NCBI GenBank assembly: GCA_963819945.1
Contig: CAWFYD010000004.1
Span: 189,176-253,175, forward strand
Direction: 5' to 3'
Source: an uncultured Acidimicrobiia bacterium
GTDB lineage: Bacteria; Actinomycetota; Acidimicrobiia; IMCC26256; JAENVU01
Length of the DNA: 64,000 nt
The notes under the pieces were generated by a model. It saw nothing but the letters and a program-made list of their open reading frames with translations, searched no databases and had not been told where the DNA came from. A program made the position numbers and the translations under genes. Numbering within the stretch: the first letter of the stretch is position 1; the number at the start of each line of letters is the position of its first letter. Below are positions 1-11,323 of the stretch, piece by piece.

Positions 1-283
1 CCTCCGGGCCAGCTTCACGCTGCCGGCGACCCAATGTGCGGCGATGTGCCAGACCGTCCTGCGGACGATGAAGACCTACGGGCTGATCCTGGCGGACAAC
101 GGCAGCAACTGGTACTTCACCGGGACGTCCGACACGCGCTGGACCGGCACCCAGGTGAACCAGCTGAAGCAGATCCCGGCCAAGCAGTTCCTCGTCGTCG
201 ACGAGCACTGTCTTCGGGTCGGCTCGAACATCGGCAAAGCCCACCAACCCGGCTCCGCGAAGTTCAACGAGCGCTGCCTCTGA
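1..283 (+). CDS. 3' part of a hypothetical protein, truncated by the window edge
   Basis: Open frame from the window start; protein-like sequence (MKTYGLILADNGSNWYFTG) with GC-rich third positions; TGA at 281-283. Confidence 0.6.
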   Translation, partial: LRASFTLPATQCAAMCQTVLRTMKTYGLILADNGSNWYFTGTSDTRWTGTQVNQLKQIPAKQFLVVDEHCLRVGSNIGKAHQPGSAKFNERCL

Positions 284-460
284 CGGGGCTCGAGACATGG
301 AGCGGCGCCTGCATTCCGGTGGCGTTTCGACACGCCGGGACGTGGGCGGCCTCAAGTGGTGAGCACCGTGGGCCAGGCCAGTCTGCGTAAGGAAGCCACT
401 CACCCAGAGTCGACGGGACCGGGTGAACCATGCGGCGGGAGCAGGTGTGGTCCACTGATC

Positions 461-1691
461 ATGATGAGAAGCGGCAGGCGGTTGGCCTTGGGCCTCGCCG
501 TGATTGCGCTCCTGTCTGCGTGTGGTGAAGGCGAGGCCCCGCCGCCTGAGAGCCGGACACCCCTCGATCTGAGCTCGGGGTACGCGACGGTTCCCGCGGC
601 GCTCTCGTCGCGGCAGCCCCCGTGGCTGGTCCTCCCGGCCGGTGATCGCGTGCTCGTGTACGGCGGGCAGGAGCGTCGCAACGGCAAGACCCACCCGCTC
701 GACTCGGGCGCAACCTATGACCCGGCGTCCGGAGTGTGGAAGCAGATGCCAGCGGCAGGCTTTCCCGCACCGCTGCTTCAGGCCGCCGGCGTGTGGACCG
801 GCCAGGAAGCCATCGTCATCGGCGCGCCGTGCAAGGCGGCGAACGGCAACGATGGCGGAGAGGGACTGTCCAGCTGCCAGCCCGGCGGCATCGCGGCCGC
901 CGCGTTCCGTCCCAGCACCGGGTCGTGGCGCAACTTCGGGAACGTCGACTCCGTACCGGAGGGGAACAGCCCCGGTGGCCAGGCGTTCACGTCGTTTGCG
1001 GTCGGCTGGAACGGAACCGAGGCCGTGTTCCTCACCTCGGACAACCAAGGCCAGCGACTGTTGCTACTCCTCGATCCGGCGCGCAACGAGTCCCGGCTCG
1101 TTCCCGGCATCAACCGCGCGGATGCCGTATGCGTCGTCGACAACCGGGTTCTCGCGGTCGTGACGGGTCGGATCGATGAGAACGGCAGCTCGATGTCACC
1201 GAACCCGAGCGCGGCAGCCGAACCGCTTCGGATCTTCGAGCTCGACCGGAATGATCGATGGAACGAGTGGCCCGCCGTGGCCAAGCCGAGGCCCGACGCG
1301 GCGGGATTCGAACGCGTTCCTTGTGGCGCGGAATCAGCTCGCGTATCTGCCCGTTGACCCGGCGACGGGCTTCGGAGCAGCTGGCCTGTGGTGGGACTCG
1401 GCCGGCTCCGAATGGACCCCGATCCCGGCCTTCGGCGAAGCCGCCTACCAACTCCTCAGTCCCAGCATCGCCCAGGTTGGCGGCCAGAAGATGCTGACGC
1501 TCCCGGGAACCGCGGCGTACTTCCTCGCCCCCGGCGCAGACGCATGGCAACGCCGAGCGGCGCCGCCCGGGATCCTTGGAATCGTCGGTCCGGTCGGCGA
1601 CCTGCTCCTGATCGAGACCGAGCCATCCGGCGACAAACCCATCCTTGGCTTCATGGACGTATCCAGATACGCAAGTGAGGCTCCGCCCTAG
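461..1691 (+). CDS. Putative lipoprotein with Kelch-like beta-propeller motifs (frameshifted near 1330)
   Basis: Signal peptide with lipobox LLSAC; motifs VLVYGG...GATYDPASGVWKQM and AGVWTGQEAIVIG; continues in ORF 1176..1691. Confidence 0.6.
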
Positions 1692-1746
1692 GCGCGCCTG
1701 GCTACGCACCCTTCGAACACGCCAGTGTGCGTCGCCGCCACTTCGA

Positions 1747-1798
1747 CTCGTTTCGGCGGGACTTGTACGCACGCTGGCGCGCCGAAGTTACGCCGAAA
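1747..1798. repeat. REP-like imperfect palindrome
   Basis: TTTCGGCG (1751) pairs with CGCCGAAA (1791-1798); lies between convergent genes; termini resemble the 57191 element. Confidence 0.5.
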
Positions 1799-1877
1799 GG
1801 CACTGGCCACCGGGCCTGGCCTGATCCTGGGCGGACGCCCATAATCCTCGTTTGATGTCGATCCCTGAGCAGAAAGC

Positions 1878-2521
1878 TCAGGCGGCGGCCCGATCCCCTG
1901 TCCGGGGCGTCCCCGGCGGGTGGTGCCAGCGGGCCCGCAGCTGCGGGTACTTGATCACGACGATCCCGCAGGCGATGAGCTTCGCCGCCATGATGCCGAG
2001 GGTGATCTGGACGGCGATCGGCGTGTCGCCGGCGGACCGGGCCGGCAGGTCGCCCAGCAGCGCCCAGAGGACGGCGACGAATCCGATGGCGATCAGGGCC
2101 CATCCGAGGCCCACCCGGAGACCCTCGGGCATGGGCTGGCGCACCCGGGGGCGGCGGACCGGGCTCGGGCCGCCGGAGCTCCAGGAGTCCGTCTGGCGGG
2201 ATGCGGTGCCGGCCCCCGGACGCCGGGGCCATCGATGAGGGTGTGGCCTGCGGACGACCGTAGAGGGATCCGGCGTCGACCCGGTGGCGGTACTCGTCGT
2301 AGGCCTCCCGGGTCGACGGGTCCCGCAGGACGGCATACGCCGCGGCGAGACGCTTGAAGCGCTCCTCCGCCGCCGTATCCGGGTTCCGATCGGGATGGAG
2401 GGCCTTGGCCTGGCGCCGGTACGCCTCGTCGATCACGGCCCGGGAGGCCTGCGCACGTGACCCCGAGCTCGGCGTAGTAGTCGACCCCGGACCATTCCCG
2501 GGTGCGCAGGTAGCCGGCCAT
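1878..2521 (-). CDS. J-domain (DnaJ-like) protein with two C-terminal transmembrane helices (frameshifted)
   Basis: DYYAELGV...AYRRQAKALHPDRNP...EERFKRLAAAYAVLRDP (HPD motif); hydrophobic C-terminus in ORF 1878..2336. Confidence 0.8.
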
Positions 2522-2525
2522 GGAG

Positions 2526-3443
2526 TCAGTCTTGCCCGTCGTGGCCCGCCGTCAACACCGCCAGGGCATCAAGGGAGGGCGCGAAGTAATAGGAGCCTGA
2601 CACCGGAGCGGTGAAGTTCGTCAGGTGGTCCCGGATCCCGTCGGCCAGCCCGAACATCCGAGCCAGCATCTTGTCGAAGCGGCTGAGCTCGGCACTGAAC
2701 GCGAGGAAGTACAGGCCGTGCTCGGCCACCGTGCCGTACGGCGTGCTGCGCCGGTAGATCTCGAGCTCCTCGCCGTCCTCTTCGATGACCACTCGAGCAA
2801 TGTGCGCGGTCGGCGGCTTCACGGAGTCGTCGAGCTCGACGCTGTCCGGCTTCGTCCGCCCGATCGTCCCCTCCTGCTCGGAGACCGAGATGTCATTGAA
2901 CGCCTCGAGGTCGTGCACCCAACGCTGGGTGATGACGTACGCGCCGCCCTCCCCCGGCTCACCGTCTGCGATCAGCGCGACGCCGGGCGCTTCATAGGGC
3001 GGCGGGTTCTCGGTGCCGTCGATGAAGCCGGTCATGTCGCGACTGTCGCGGTAGACGAAGCACGGGAGCTCGATCGCGAGCGTCGCGACGGGCGCCATCA
3101 CCGTGGTCACCGCTCGCGCCGCGTCGAGCGCGAGGTCGGGACCCGTGCCGTGGATCCAGACCCAGATGTCGTGTTGGGTCGACGGCGCCCGCTTGCCGTC
3201 GAGCCCCTCGACGGCATCGAAGGGCCGCAGCTCGGCGGGTACGCCATCCGGCGCGAGGCGCCGCCACAGGTCCGCACCGAAGCCGACGATGAGGTTGAAC
3301 CCACCCGCCGTCACGGTCGGTTCGCGCAGCCCGGCGACCGCCGCCGCGATGTCGTCAACGGACGCGTCGGGTCGGACGTCGAACTCGAGGTTGTAGTGCG
3401 ATCGAGTGCCCTGGGCGAAGATCCCCGGCTGGCCGGTCGCCAT
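2526..3443 (-). CDS. Dyp-type (dye-decolorizing) peroxidase
   Basis: RDMTGFIDGTENP, AHIARV, IYRRSTPYG, GLYFLAF and GSYYFAPS motifs; ATG overlaps the gcvP stop (TGATG). Confidence 0.92.
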   Translation of the reverse strand: MATGQPGIFAQGTRSHYNLEFDVRPDASVDDIAAAVAGLREPTVTAGGFNLIVGFGADLWRRLAPDGVPAELRPFDAVEGLDGKRAPSTQHDIWVWIHGTGPDLALDAARAVTTVMAPVATLAIELPCFVYRDSRDMTGFIDGTENPPPYEAPGVALIADGEPGEGGAYVITQRWVHDLEAFNDISVSEQEGTIGRTKPDSVELDDSVKPPTAHIARVVIEEDGEELEIYRRSTPYGTVAEHGLYFLAFSAELSRFDKMLARMFGLADGIRDHLTNFTAPVSGSYYFAPSLDALAVLTAGHDGQD

Positions 3444-6297
3444 CACGCACCAACCAGTGCGTCGTCGGCGTACGCCTCGATCGGCGGGCACGAGCACATC
3501 ACGTTGCGGTCACCATACGTCCCGTCGATCCGGCTCACCGGAGGCCAGTACTTCCCCGCCGCCGCCGACACTGCGGCGAGGTCGCGAGGGTACGCCCGGT
3601 CCCAGTGGTCGGTCGCCACGTCGGCGGCCGGGTGGGGTGCGTGCGCGAGCGGGCTGGCCTCATGGCTCCACTCCCCTGCGGCGACCCGGTCGATCTCGGA
3701 ACGGATCGCGATCATCGCGTGCGCAGAACCGGTCGAGCTCGGCGAGATCCTCGGACTCGGTCGGCTCGATCATCAGCGTGCCCGGTACCGGGAAGCTCAT
3801 CGTCGGCGCGTGGAAGCCGTAGTCGATCAAGCGCTTCGCGACGTCGTCGACGGTGACCCCGGTCGACTGCGTGATCGGGCGCAGATCGACGATGCACTCG
3901 TGGGCGACGAGCCCGTGCGGACCCCGGTACAGCACCGGGTAGAACGGCATGAGCCGCTGGGCGACGTAGTTCGCGTTCAGGATCGCCACCTGGGTCGCGC
4001 GCTTCAGGCCGTCGGGTCCCATCATCGCGATGTACGCCCACGAGATCGGCAGGATGCCGGCGGAGCCCCAGGGCGCGGCGGCGATCGCGCCGATCCCCCC
4101 ACCCGCCGGACCGCACTCGGGGACGACCGGGTGGCTCGGCAGGTACGGCGCGAGGTGCTCCCGCACGCCGATCGGGCCGACGCCCGGCCCTCCCCCGCCG
4201 TGGGGGATGCAGAACGTCTTGTGCAGGTTCAGGTGCGACACGTCGGCACCGAACGCACCCGGCGCGGCGAGACCCACCAGCGCGTTGAGGTTGGCGCCGT
4301 CCACGTACACCTGGCCCCCGTGGCGGTGCACGACCGCGCACACGTCCTTGATGCCGGTCTCGAACACGCCGTGCGTCGACGGGTAGGTCGCCATCAACGC
4401 GCCGAGCCGCTCCGAGTGCTCCGCGGCGCGGGCTTCGAGATCGGCTAGATCGACGTTGCCGTCGGCGTCGGTCGCCACCACCACCACGCGCATGCCGGCC
4501 ATCGCCGCGCTCGCCGCGTTCGTGCCGTGCGCCGATGCGGGGATGAGGCACACGTCGCGGTGCTGATCCCCGTTGGCGAGGTGGTACGCGCGGATCGCGA
4601 GCAGCCCGGCGAGCTCACCCTGGGACCCGGCGTTGGGTTGCAGCGACACCGCCGCGTACCCGGTGATCGTGCACAGCCACTGCTCGAGATCGCCGAACAG
4701 CTCCTGGTAGCCCGGTCGTCTGGTCGAGCGGTGCGAACGGATGCACCTGCCCGAACTCCGGCCAGGTGATCGGCATCATCTCGGTCGTGGCGTTGAGCTT
4801 CATCGTGCACGAGCCGAGCGGGATCATCGTGCGGTCGAGCGCGAGGTCCTGGTCGGCCAGGCGGCGCAGGTACCGCAGCATCCGGGTCTCGGACCGGTAC
4901 TCGTGGAACACCGGGTGCTCGAGGATCTCGCCCTCGCGCTGCCAGCGCGGCCGGGATCGCCGATGCCGGCACCGCGTCCCCTGCTGCGCCCGCGCCGAAT
5001 GCCGCGAGCACCTGCGTTCACCGTCTCCGGCGGTCGTCGTCTCGTCGAGCGAGATGCCGAGCGTGTCGTCGTCGACCATCCGGAGGTTGATGCGCTCCTC
5101 CCGCGCCGCCGCGGCGACCGCGGCCGCCCGTCCGGGCACCGAAACCGTGATCGTGTCGAAGAACGTGCTCGGTCAGCACCTCGACTCCGCCGGAGCGGAG
5201 TCCCGCGGCGAGCGTCTTCGGTGAGGTCGTGCACCCGTGTCGGCGATCGCCCGCAGCCCGTCAGGACCGTGGTACTGCGCGTAGAGCCCGGAGATCACGG
5301 CGAGCAGCACCTGGGCGGTGCAGATGTTGCTCGTGGCCTTCTCCCGCCGGATGTGCTGCTCGCGGGTCTGGAGCGCGAGCCGCAGCGCCGGCCGCCCTTC
5401 ACTGTCCACCGACACGCCGACGAGCCGCCCCGGCAGCGTGCGCTTGTGCGCGTCGCGGCACGCGAGGAACGCGGCGTGCGGGCCGCCGTAACCGAGCGGC
5501 ACGCCGAACCGTTGCGCGGAGCCGACCACGATGTCCGCGCCGATCTCCCCGGGTGGACGGAGCAGGCACAACGCGAGCAGGTCGGTCGCGACCGTCACCA
5601 GCGCGTCCTGCGCGTGCACCCGCTCGACGATCTCGGTGTCGTCCCGCAGCGCGCCACTCGAACCGGGGTACTGCAGCAACGCACCGAACAGGCCGTCGAG
5701 CGGCAGATCGTCCACCGGGTCACCGACCACGACGTCGATCCCGAGCGGCAGCGCGCGGGTCTCCACCACCGCGATCGTCTGCGGGTGGCAGTCCCGGTCC
5801 ACGAAGAACGTGGCGCCGGCCTTGGGCGCGAGCCGCCGCGCCATCGCCATCGCTTCGGCCGCCGCGGTCCCCTCGTCCAGCATCGACGCGTTGGCCAGGT
5901 CCATGCCGGTGAGGTCCGCCACCATCGTCTGGTAGTTCAGGAGCACCTCGAGCCGGCCCTGCGAGATCTCGGGTTGGTACGGCGTGTACGCGGTGTACCA
6001 GGCCGGGCTCTCGAGCACGTTGCGCAGGATCACCCCGGGGGTGACCGTCGCCGAGTAGCCCATCCCGATGAGCGAGGTGAAGACCTCGTTCGCGTCGGCG
6101 AGCCGGCGGAGCGCGACGAGCGCCTCGGCTTCGCTGAGTGCCGGCGGAAGGTCGAGCGGGGCGTCGACGCGGATCGCCGCGGGCACGGCGGCGTCCGTGA
6201 GTGCGTCGAGCGACGAGTAGCCGAGCGCGTCCAGCATGGTCGCCTGCTGCTCGCCGTCCGGACCGATGTGCCGATCGGCGAATCGATGCTGCTCCAC
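3443..6297 (-). CDS. gcvP: Glycine dehydrogenase (glycine cleavage P protein), several frameshifts
   Basis: [77 protein letters not shown]. Confidence 0.97.
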
Positions 6298-6357
6298 TGA
6301 TGGTCCTTCCCGTCATCTCTCAGCCGCGACGATCGTGGCCGCGGTGGCGGCGCACTC

Positions 6358-6566
6358 CCCCTCTGTCGCGGAACCTGAGAGATTCACCGGGCCTGCGCTC
6401 AGGGCGCAGGATGGACCGGCTTTCCCCGTCGGTGAGGCCCCCGGTCGCCCGGTGGACCTGCTCTCCAGAGTTGCCTCGTTCGGACGGTTCGTGAGCCTGA
6501 GAGATTCCGGGGAGGTTGCTCCTTCGGCGCCCCGTTGCCGGGGACTCTCCCGTCCGACGTTGTCAG
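6358..6566 (-). ncRNA. Tandem glycine riboswitch upstream of gcvP
   Basis: Minus strand reads GGGAGAG...CGCCGAAGGAGCAA...AATCTCTCAGG, then CTCTGGAGAG...CACCGACGGGG...AATCTCTCAGG...GACAGAG: two aptamers directly 5' of gcvP. Confidence 0.95.
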
Positions 6567-7900
6567 CTGTCGGTCGCGACTGTACCCGCGGCGGCCCGCC
6601 GGGCGGACAGCTCCCGCCACCCCTGGTCGAGCGCGACCGCCGCGAGCGCGGGCAGCAGCGCGTCGAGCGCGACCCGGAATCGCATGGTGCCGTAGCCGAC
6701 GATCGTGATCACCGCGACGGTCGCGACCGGCGCGATGAACGGCAGCAGCGCGATCCGGCGCCGGATGAGGAACAGCGCACCGAACAGCGCGGCGATCAGG
6801 AGCGCCCAGTACTGCAGGATCGCCACCCAGGCCACGATCCGCGGGCGCCCGAGCCGCAGGAGCAGGTCGTCGCGGGTCAGCTCGACGGGATGGAAGAGCC
6901 CGAAGGACCGGAGCAACCGGACGGGGATCACGATGGGCAGGCGGCCCGGATGGTCGCGGGCGAACCGCAGCCCGGCCTTCAGCTGCTCCCGGTCCTGGTG
7001 CGACTCGTCGTCCTGCACGGTGATCGTGACGCCCTGGGCGCAGGTGAAGCCCCAGCCCCCGATCGCAGGCCCGCCGTAGGTCGCGTCGCAGTTGCTCGAG
7101 CCGACCAGCCCGCCCAGCCCGTTGGAGAGCAGGACCGGGTTGTCGAACCGGCCCGCGTTGTAGCGCGACCCACGGCGCGAACAGCACGACGGCGACGAGC
7201 GCACCAACGCCGATGCACGCGACGCGACGCCCGATCGCCAGATCCTTCGCGCGCAGCGCGAGCGGGACGAGGAGGATCACGAACAGCAACGCGCCCTCGG
7301 CGCGCGTCAGTGCGGCGAGCGCGATCGCGCCGGCTCAGCAACGCGGCCCGCACCAGGTTCGGCCGGCGGATGAACCGGTAGGCCAGGAACACCGTCAGCA
7401 CGACGAGGAACCCGAACAGCCCCTCGGACATGACCAGGACGTCCTGGGCGAAGAGATCGACGAACACCGCGCCGAGACCGGCCGCGATGAGCCCGGCCCG
7501 CTCCCCCGCGAGGTCCCGGGTGAGGAACCCGAGGACGATGACGGTTCCCGTGCCGGGAAGGGTCGACCACAGGCGCTGGGCGAGGATGCTGTCGTCGACG
7601 TGCGCGACGACGGACAGGAAGAGCGGGTACAGCGGCGGGTGCGCGGCCGTCGCGTAGTCCTGGTGGAACGCGATGCGACCCGCCGGGTTCACGAACCCGT
7701 GACCCTGCGCGATCAGCTTGGCGACGCCCGAGTACCAGAACGCGTCGCCCCACAGCACGGTGTGCGCGTCGTACCAGTACGCGGCCGCGATGCGAATGGC
7801 CAGGGCGACGAGGGCGATCGCCGCCAGGCCGAGCCCGAACGTCCGGCTCGAGATCGCGGGCGCCGGGAGCTCCCGCTCCGCCGTCGCCGGTCGCGTTCAC
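6563..7900 (-). CDS. Membrane glycosyltransferase (GT39/ArnT-like), frameshifted
   Basis: GDAFWY...TAAHPPLYPLFL, MSEGLF and many TM segments across ORFs 6979..7758 and 6563..7207. Confidence 0.75.
6579..6584 (-). promoter_or_regulatory. Probable -10 element (TACAGT) for the riboswitch-gcvP transcript
   Basis: TANNNT hexamer just upstream of the first aptamer. Confidence 0.5.
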
Positions 7901-8991
7901 CGCGAGACGAACGGCGGCTTGACCACGATGGCGGGCACCAGTGCGCCGCGCATCTCGACGTTGACCTCGGCCCCGTCATCGAGCCCCGGAGGCAGGAACG
8001 CCAGCGCGATCGCCCGTTCGAGCGTCGGCGAGAAGTTCCCGCTCGTCACCTCGCCGATCTTCCCCGTGTTCCCCGGCCCCATGACCGCGTAGCCCGCACG
8101 CGGGGGGCGGCGACCCTCGACCAGCAGACCCCGCAACCGGCGTTCGATGCCGCGTTCGCGCTCGGCCAGCAACGGCTCGCGCCCGCGGAAGTCGCCCTTG
8201 TCGAAGCGCACCACCCAACCGAGCCCGGCCTGCAGCGGGGTGATGCCCGCCCCCAGCTCGTGACCGTGCAACGGCAGGCCCGCCTCGAGCCGCAGCGTGT
8301 CGCGCGCGCCCAGGCCGGCCGGCACCACGCCCGCCGCCACGATCTCGCGCCACAGCGCGGGCGCGTGCTCCGCCGGCACGTGGATCTCGATCCCGTCCTC
8401 GCCGGTGTACCCGGTGCCCGCAGCGACGCAGTGGGCCCCGCGCCACTCCACCGCCTGCACCGCGAAGCGCGGGACCGCGGCCATCTCGGGCACGACGTCG
8501 GCCAGCAGCGCCCGGGCCTGCGGACCCTGGACCGCGAGCACGGCCCGGGTCTCGGTGATGTCGACGATCTCGCACTCGCCGCGGTCCGCGCTCGCGGCCG
8601 CGAGCGTGCTGACGATCGGTTCGGTGTTCGACGCGTTCGGCATCACGAGCAGCTCGTCGGGCGCGACCCACCACACGATGATGTCGTCGACGACGTGCGC
8701 GTCGTCCGGGTCGAGGAGGTGGGTGTACTGCGCGCTGGCCCGGGTCCGATGCGCTGCAGGTCGTTGGTGAACGCCCACTGCAGGACGGGCAGCGCGCCGC
8801 GCCCCACCACCCGTACCGACCCGAGGTGCGACACGTCGAACACGACCGCCCGCTCCCGGCAGGCGCGGTGCTCCTCCAGCACGCTGCGGTACTGGATCGG
8901 CATGTCCCAGCCACCGAACTCGGTCAGGCGCGCGTCGAGGGCCCGGTGCTCGGCGTCGAGCGGACTTCGTCTTGAGAACAGGCTCGGTCAC
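7897..8991 (-). CDS. gcvT: Aminomethyltransferase (glycine cleavage T protein), frameshifted
   Basis: MPIQY...VFDVSHLG, LAVQGP, TGYTGEDG, GLGARDTLRLEAGLPLHGHEL, GEVTSG. Confidence 0.96.
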   Translation of the reverse strand: MTEPVLKTKSARRRAPGPRRAPDRVRWLGHADPVPQRAGGAPRLPGAGGRVRRVAPRVGTGGGARRAARPAVGVHQRPAAHRTRASAQYTHLLDPDDAHVVDDIIVWWVAPDELLVMPNASNTEPIVSTLAAASADRGECEIVDITETRAVLAVQGPQARALLADVVPEMAAVPRFAVQAVEWRGAHCVAAGTGYTGEDGIEIHVPAEHAPALWREIVAAGVVPAGLGARDTLRLEAGLPLHGHELGAGITPLQAGLGWVVRFDKGDFRGREPLLAERERGIERRLRGLLVEGRRPPRAGYAVMGPGNTGKIGEVTSGNFSPTLERAIALAFLPPGLDDGAEVNVEMRGALVPAIVVKPPFVSR

Positions 8992-9014
8992 AGGGCCGGG
9001 AGGTTACGGCACGC

Positions 9015-9466
9015 TTACGCGGACTCGGCCTCGGGTGACGCCGGCTCGCCCGAGCGGCGCCGGATCGACGTCGAGCCGCAACGGTCTCCGGCGTCCCGAG
9101 CTGGTCCACCAGCTGGCTCGGCGGCTCGAGCCCGTACTTCACGAGCAGGTGCAGGTAGTCCCGCTGGTACAGGACCTTGATCCGCACCTCGGGGTACTGC
9201 TCCACCAGCCGGCGGGCCTTGCGGTTCTTCTTCGTCACGAGGCGCTGGTTCAGCGTCGTGATCTCGATGTAGACGTCCTGGGCCGGGAGGTAGAAGTCCG
9301 GCGTGAACCCCTGCGCCGGGTTCCCCTCCGCGTCGAGCTCGAGGGTGAACGTCCGGGGCTCGTACTCCCACGCGATCCCGTAGAAGTCGAGCAATTTCGC
9401 GAACTGCCGCTCCGAATTGTGCGCGAAACGGACCTGCTCGTGGGGCAGGGTGTCGGCCGGGGTGAT
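9015..9466 (-). CDS. Hypothetical protein with PD-(D/E)XK-like nuclease motif
   Basis: FAHNSERQFAKLLDFYGIAWEYEPRTF...FTPDFYLP...YIEITT; the ORF track joins it to the upstream MerR gene. Confidence 0.65.
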
Positions 9467-9468
9467 CG

Positions 9469-10039
9469 TTACCCTCCCCCACCTGCGCTCGCGGCCCGGC
9501 CGCGACGCGGCGCCGGCGCCTCGGTGGCTGCAGCCGGCGCGCAGCTCGTGGATGCTCGCATCGAGCTGCTCCACGAGCCCCGCGAGCGGGACGATGTTCA
9601 GCACACCCTGGCCCTGGCGCACCACGTCGACGATGTCCTCGCCGGTCCGCACGAGCACCGATCGGGTGCCGTCGAGCACGAGCGACGCGGACGCGAGGTC
9701 CTCGCCGAGGTGGTCCCGCAGGTACTCGATCGCCTTGCGGGCCGTCTGCAGTGAGAGGCCGGCGTCGAGGAGGCTCTTGATGACCTTCAGCGCGACGAGG
9801 TCCCGGTACGAGTAGCGCCGCTGGCTGCCGCTGCCCGCGGCGTCGACGAGCGACGGCCGGAGCAGGTCGGTGCGGGCCCAGTAGTCGAGCTGGCGGTAGG
9901 TGATCCCCACGATCTTGCAGACCTGGGGCCCGCCGTAGCCGACTTCCTCGCCCACGAAATCGGCGCCGGCTTCGGGCGCGAGCACGCCCTGCTCGATCCG
10001 GTCGGGCAGCTGAGCGGTGCGCGCGGTCTTACCGGCCAT
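9469..10039 (-). CDS. MerR-family regulator (Rv1830/McdR-like)
   Basis: GYGGPQVCKIVGITYRQLDYWARTDLLRPS...GSGSQRRYSYRDLVALKVIKSLLDAGLSLQ; synteny with DUF151 and garA. Confidence 0.9.
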
Positions 10040-10119
10040 GGGGAAGCGACCTTTCCGACTCGGACCGCCCCGTCGGGCGGCGCAAAGTCACATCGGCGTA
10101 ACTACGGAGTTGTCGACCG

Positions 10120-10145
10120 TACCGGAACCCTCCGGCGAGGTCAAC
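10120..10145 (-). promoter_or_regulatory. SigA-type promoter for the MerR gene (coordinates approximate)
   Basis: Minus strand TTGACC-17 nt-TACGGT, followed by an AACT-N4-AGTT dyad. Confidence 0.6.
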
Positions 10146-10204
10146 CAAGCCGCGTGGCCCCGAGCTTGCCGGATGGCCCCGGCTCCGGCCGGCGACGGTT
10201 GCGG

Positions 10205-10688
10205 TCAGGCGCCGAAATCCTCGGGGCTGACCTGCTCGAGGAACTCCCGGAACTGCTCGATCTGCTCCTCGTCCTCTTCGGCCTCGAACAGGACGCCGGC
10301 CTCGTCGAGGACCGCTTCCTCCACGAAGATCGGGACCTGGCTCCTCGTAGCGGACCGCCAGCGCGATCGCATCGGACGGCCGGGACGAGATGCGCAGCGC
10401 GCCACCCTCCCGGGCGAACTCGACCTCGGCGAAGAAGGTCCCCTCCTGGAGCTGGGTGATCACGACCCGGTCGACCCGCACCGACAGGTCGTCGAGCACG
10501 GTCTTGAAGAGGTCGTGGGTCATGGGCCGGGGCGTATCCATGCCCTGGAGGGCGTAGACGATGGCCGTGGCTTCCGGCGGGCCGATGAAGATCGGCAGGT
10601 AGCGCTGCCCTTCGACCTCGCGCAGGAGCACGATCGGTTGGTTCGAGGGAACCTCGACTCGTACTCCTACCAGCGATACGCGGATCAC
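10205..10688 (-). CDS. Bifunctional nuclease family protein (DUF151, Rv1829-like)
   Basis: VGVRVEVPSNQPIVLLRE...LPIFIGPPEATAI...RPMTHDL...SRPSDAIALA...EQFREFLEQVSPEDF. Confidence 0.92.
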
Positions 10689-10746
10689 GGGCGCCTCCGT
10701 CCTGACGGCGACGATACACCGTGGGCCCTACCCCTCCCCCGCACGT

Positions 10747-11320
10747 TCAACCCCGTTCCCGGGCCCGGTAGAGGGCGTCGACATAGGCGGTGGGCTCGGC
10801 CCGGACGGCCCGCCGATCGGCCTCGTAGACCTGGTCCAGATTCCGGTAGAGCTCGGCCAGGTGCAGCCCGTAGCCGAGCGCGAAGACGTCGGGGATCTCG
10901 GCCCCCCGGTACCGCACCTCGAGCGGCACGATCCGCCGGACCGGGCGGTCGAGGAGCGTGCAGAGCTCCAACCGGCGCGGCCCCCGCTCGGCCAGCTGAC
11001 CGAAGAGGTACGTCGCGGTGAGCCCGGTGTCGACCATGTCCTCGACCACGACCACGTCCCGCCCGGAGAGGTCCAGCTCGACGTCCTTCAGGATGCGGAC
11101 CCGGCCGCTGTCCGGCGCGAATCGGGAGATGGCCATGAAGTCGACCGCGACGTCGATGCCGCGGATCGACCGCACGAGGTCCGAGAAGAAGATGAGCGCG
11201 CCTTTGAGCACACCGATGAGCACGACGCCGTCCGGATGATCCGCCGCGATCTCCGCGCCGAGACGCTCGACGATCTCGGCGATGTCCGCCCGTCCGAGCA
11301 GGAGGGTCGGGGCTGTCCAC
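10747..11320 (-). CDS. hpt: Hypoxanthine phosphoribosyltransferase family protein
   Basis: VLKGALIFFSDL, VVVVEDMVDTGLT (PRPP-binding loop), CTLLDRP, FALGYGL. Confidence 0.82.
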
Positions 11321-11323
11321 CCG

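Noticed and set aside
2526-3443. Encapsulin nanocompartment system
   Set aside because: No encapsulin shell gene is adjacent, and the Dyp lacks a C-terminal targeting peptide
9015-9466. Anti-phage restriction system
   Set aside because: No methyltransferase or other defence genes nearby, and the gene sits in a housekeeping cluster
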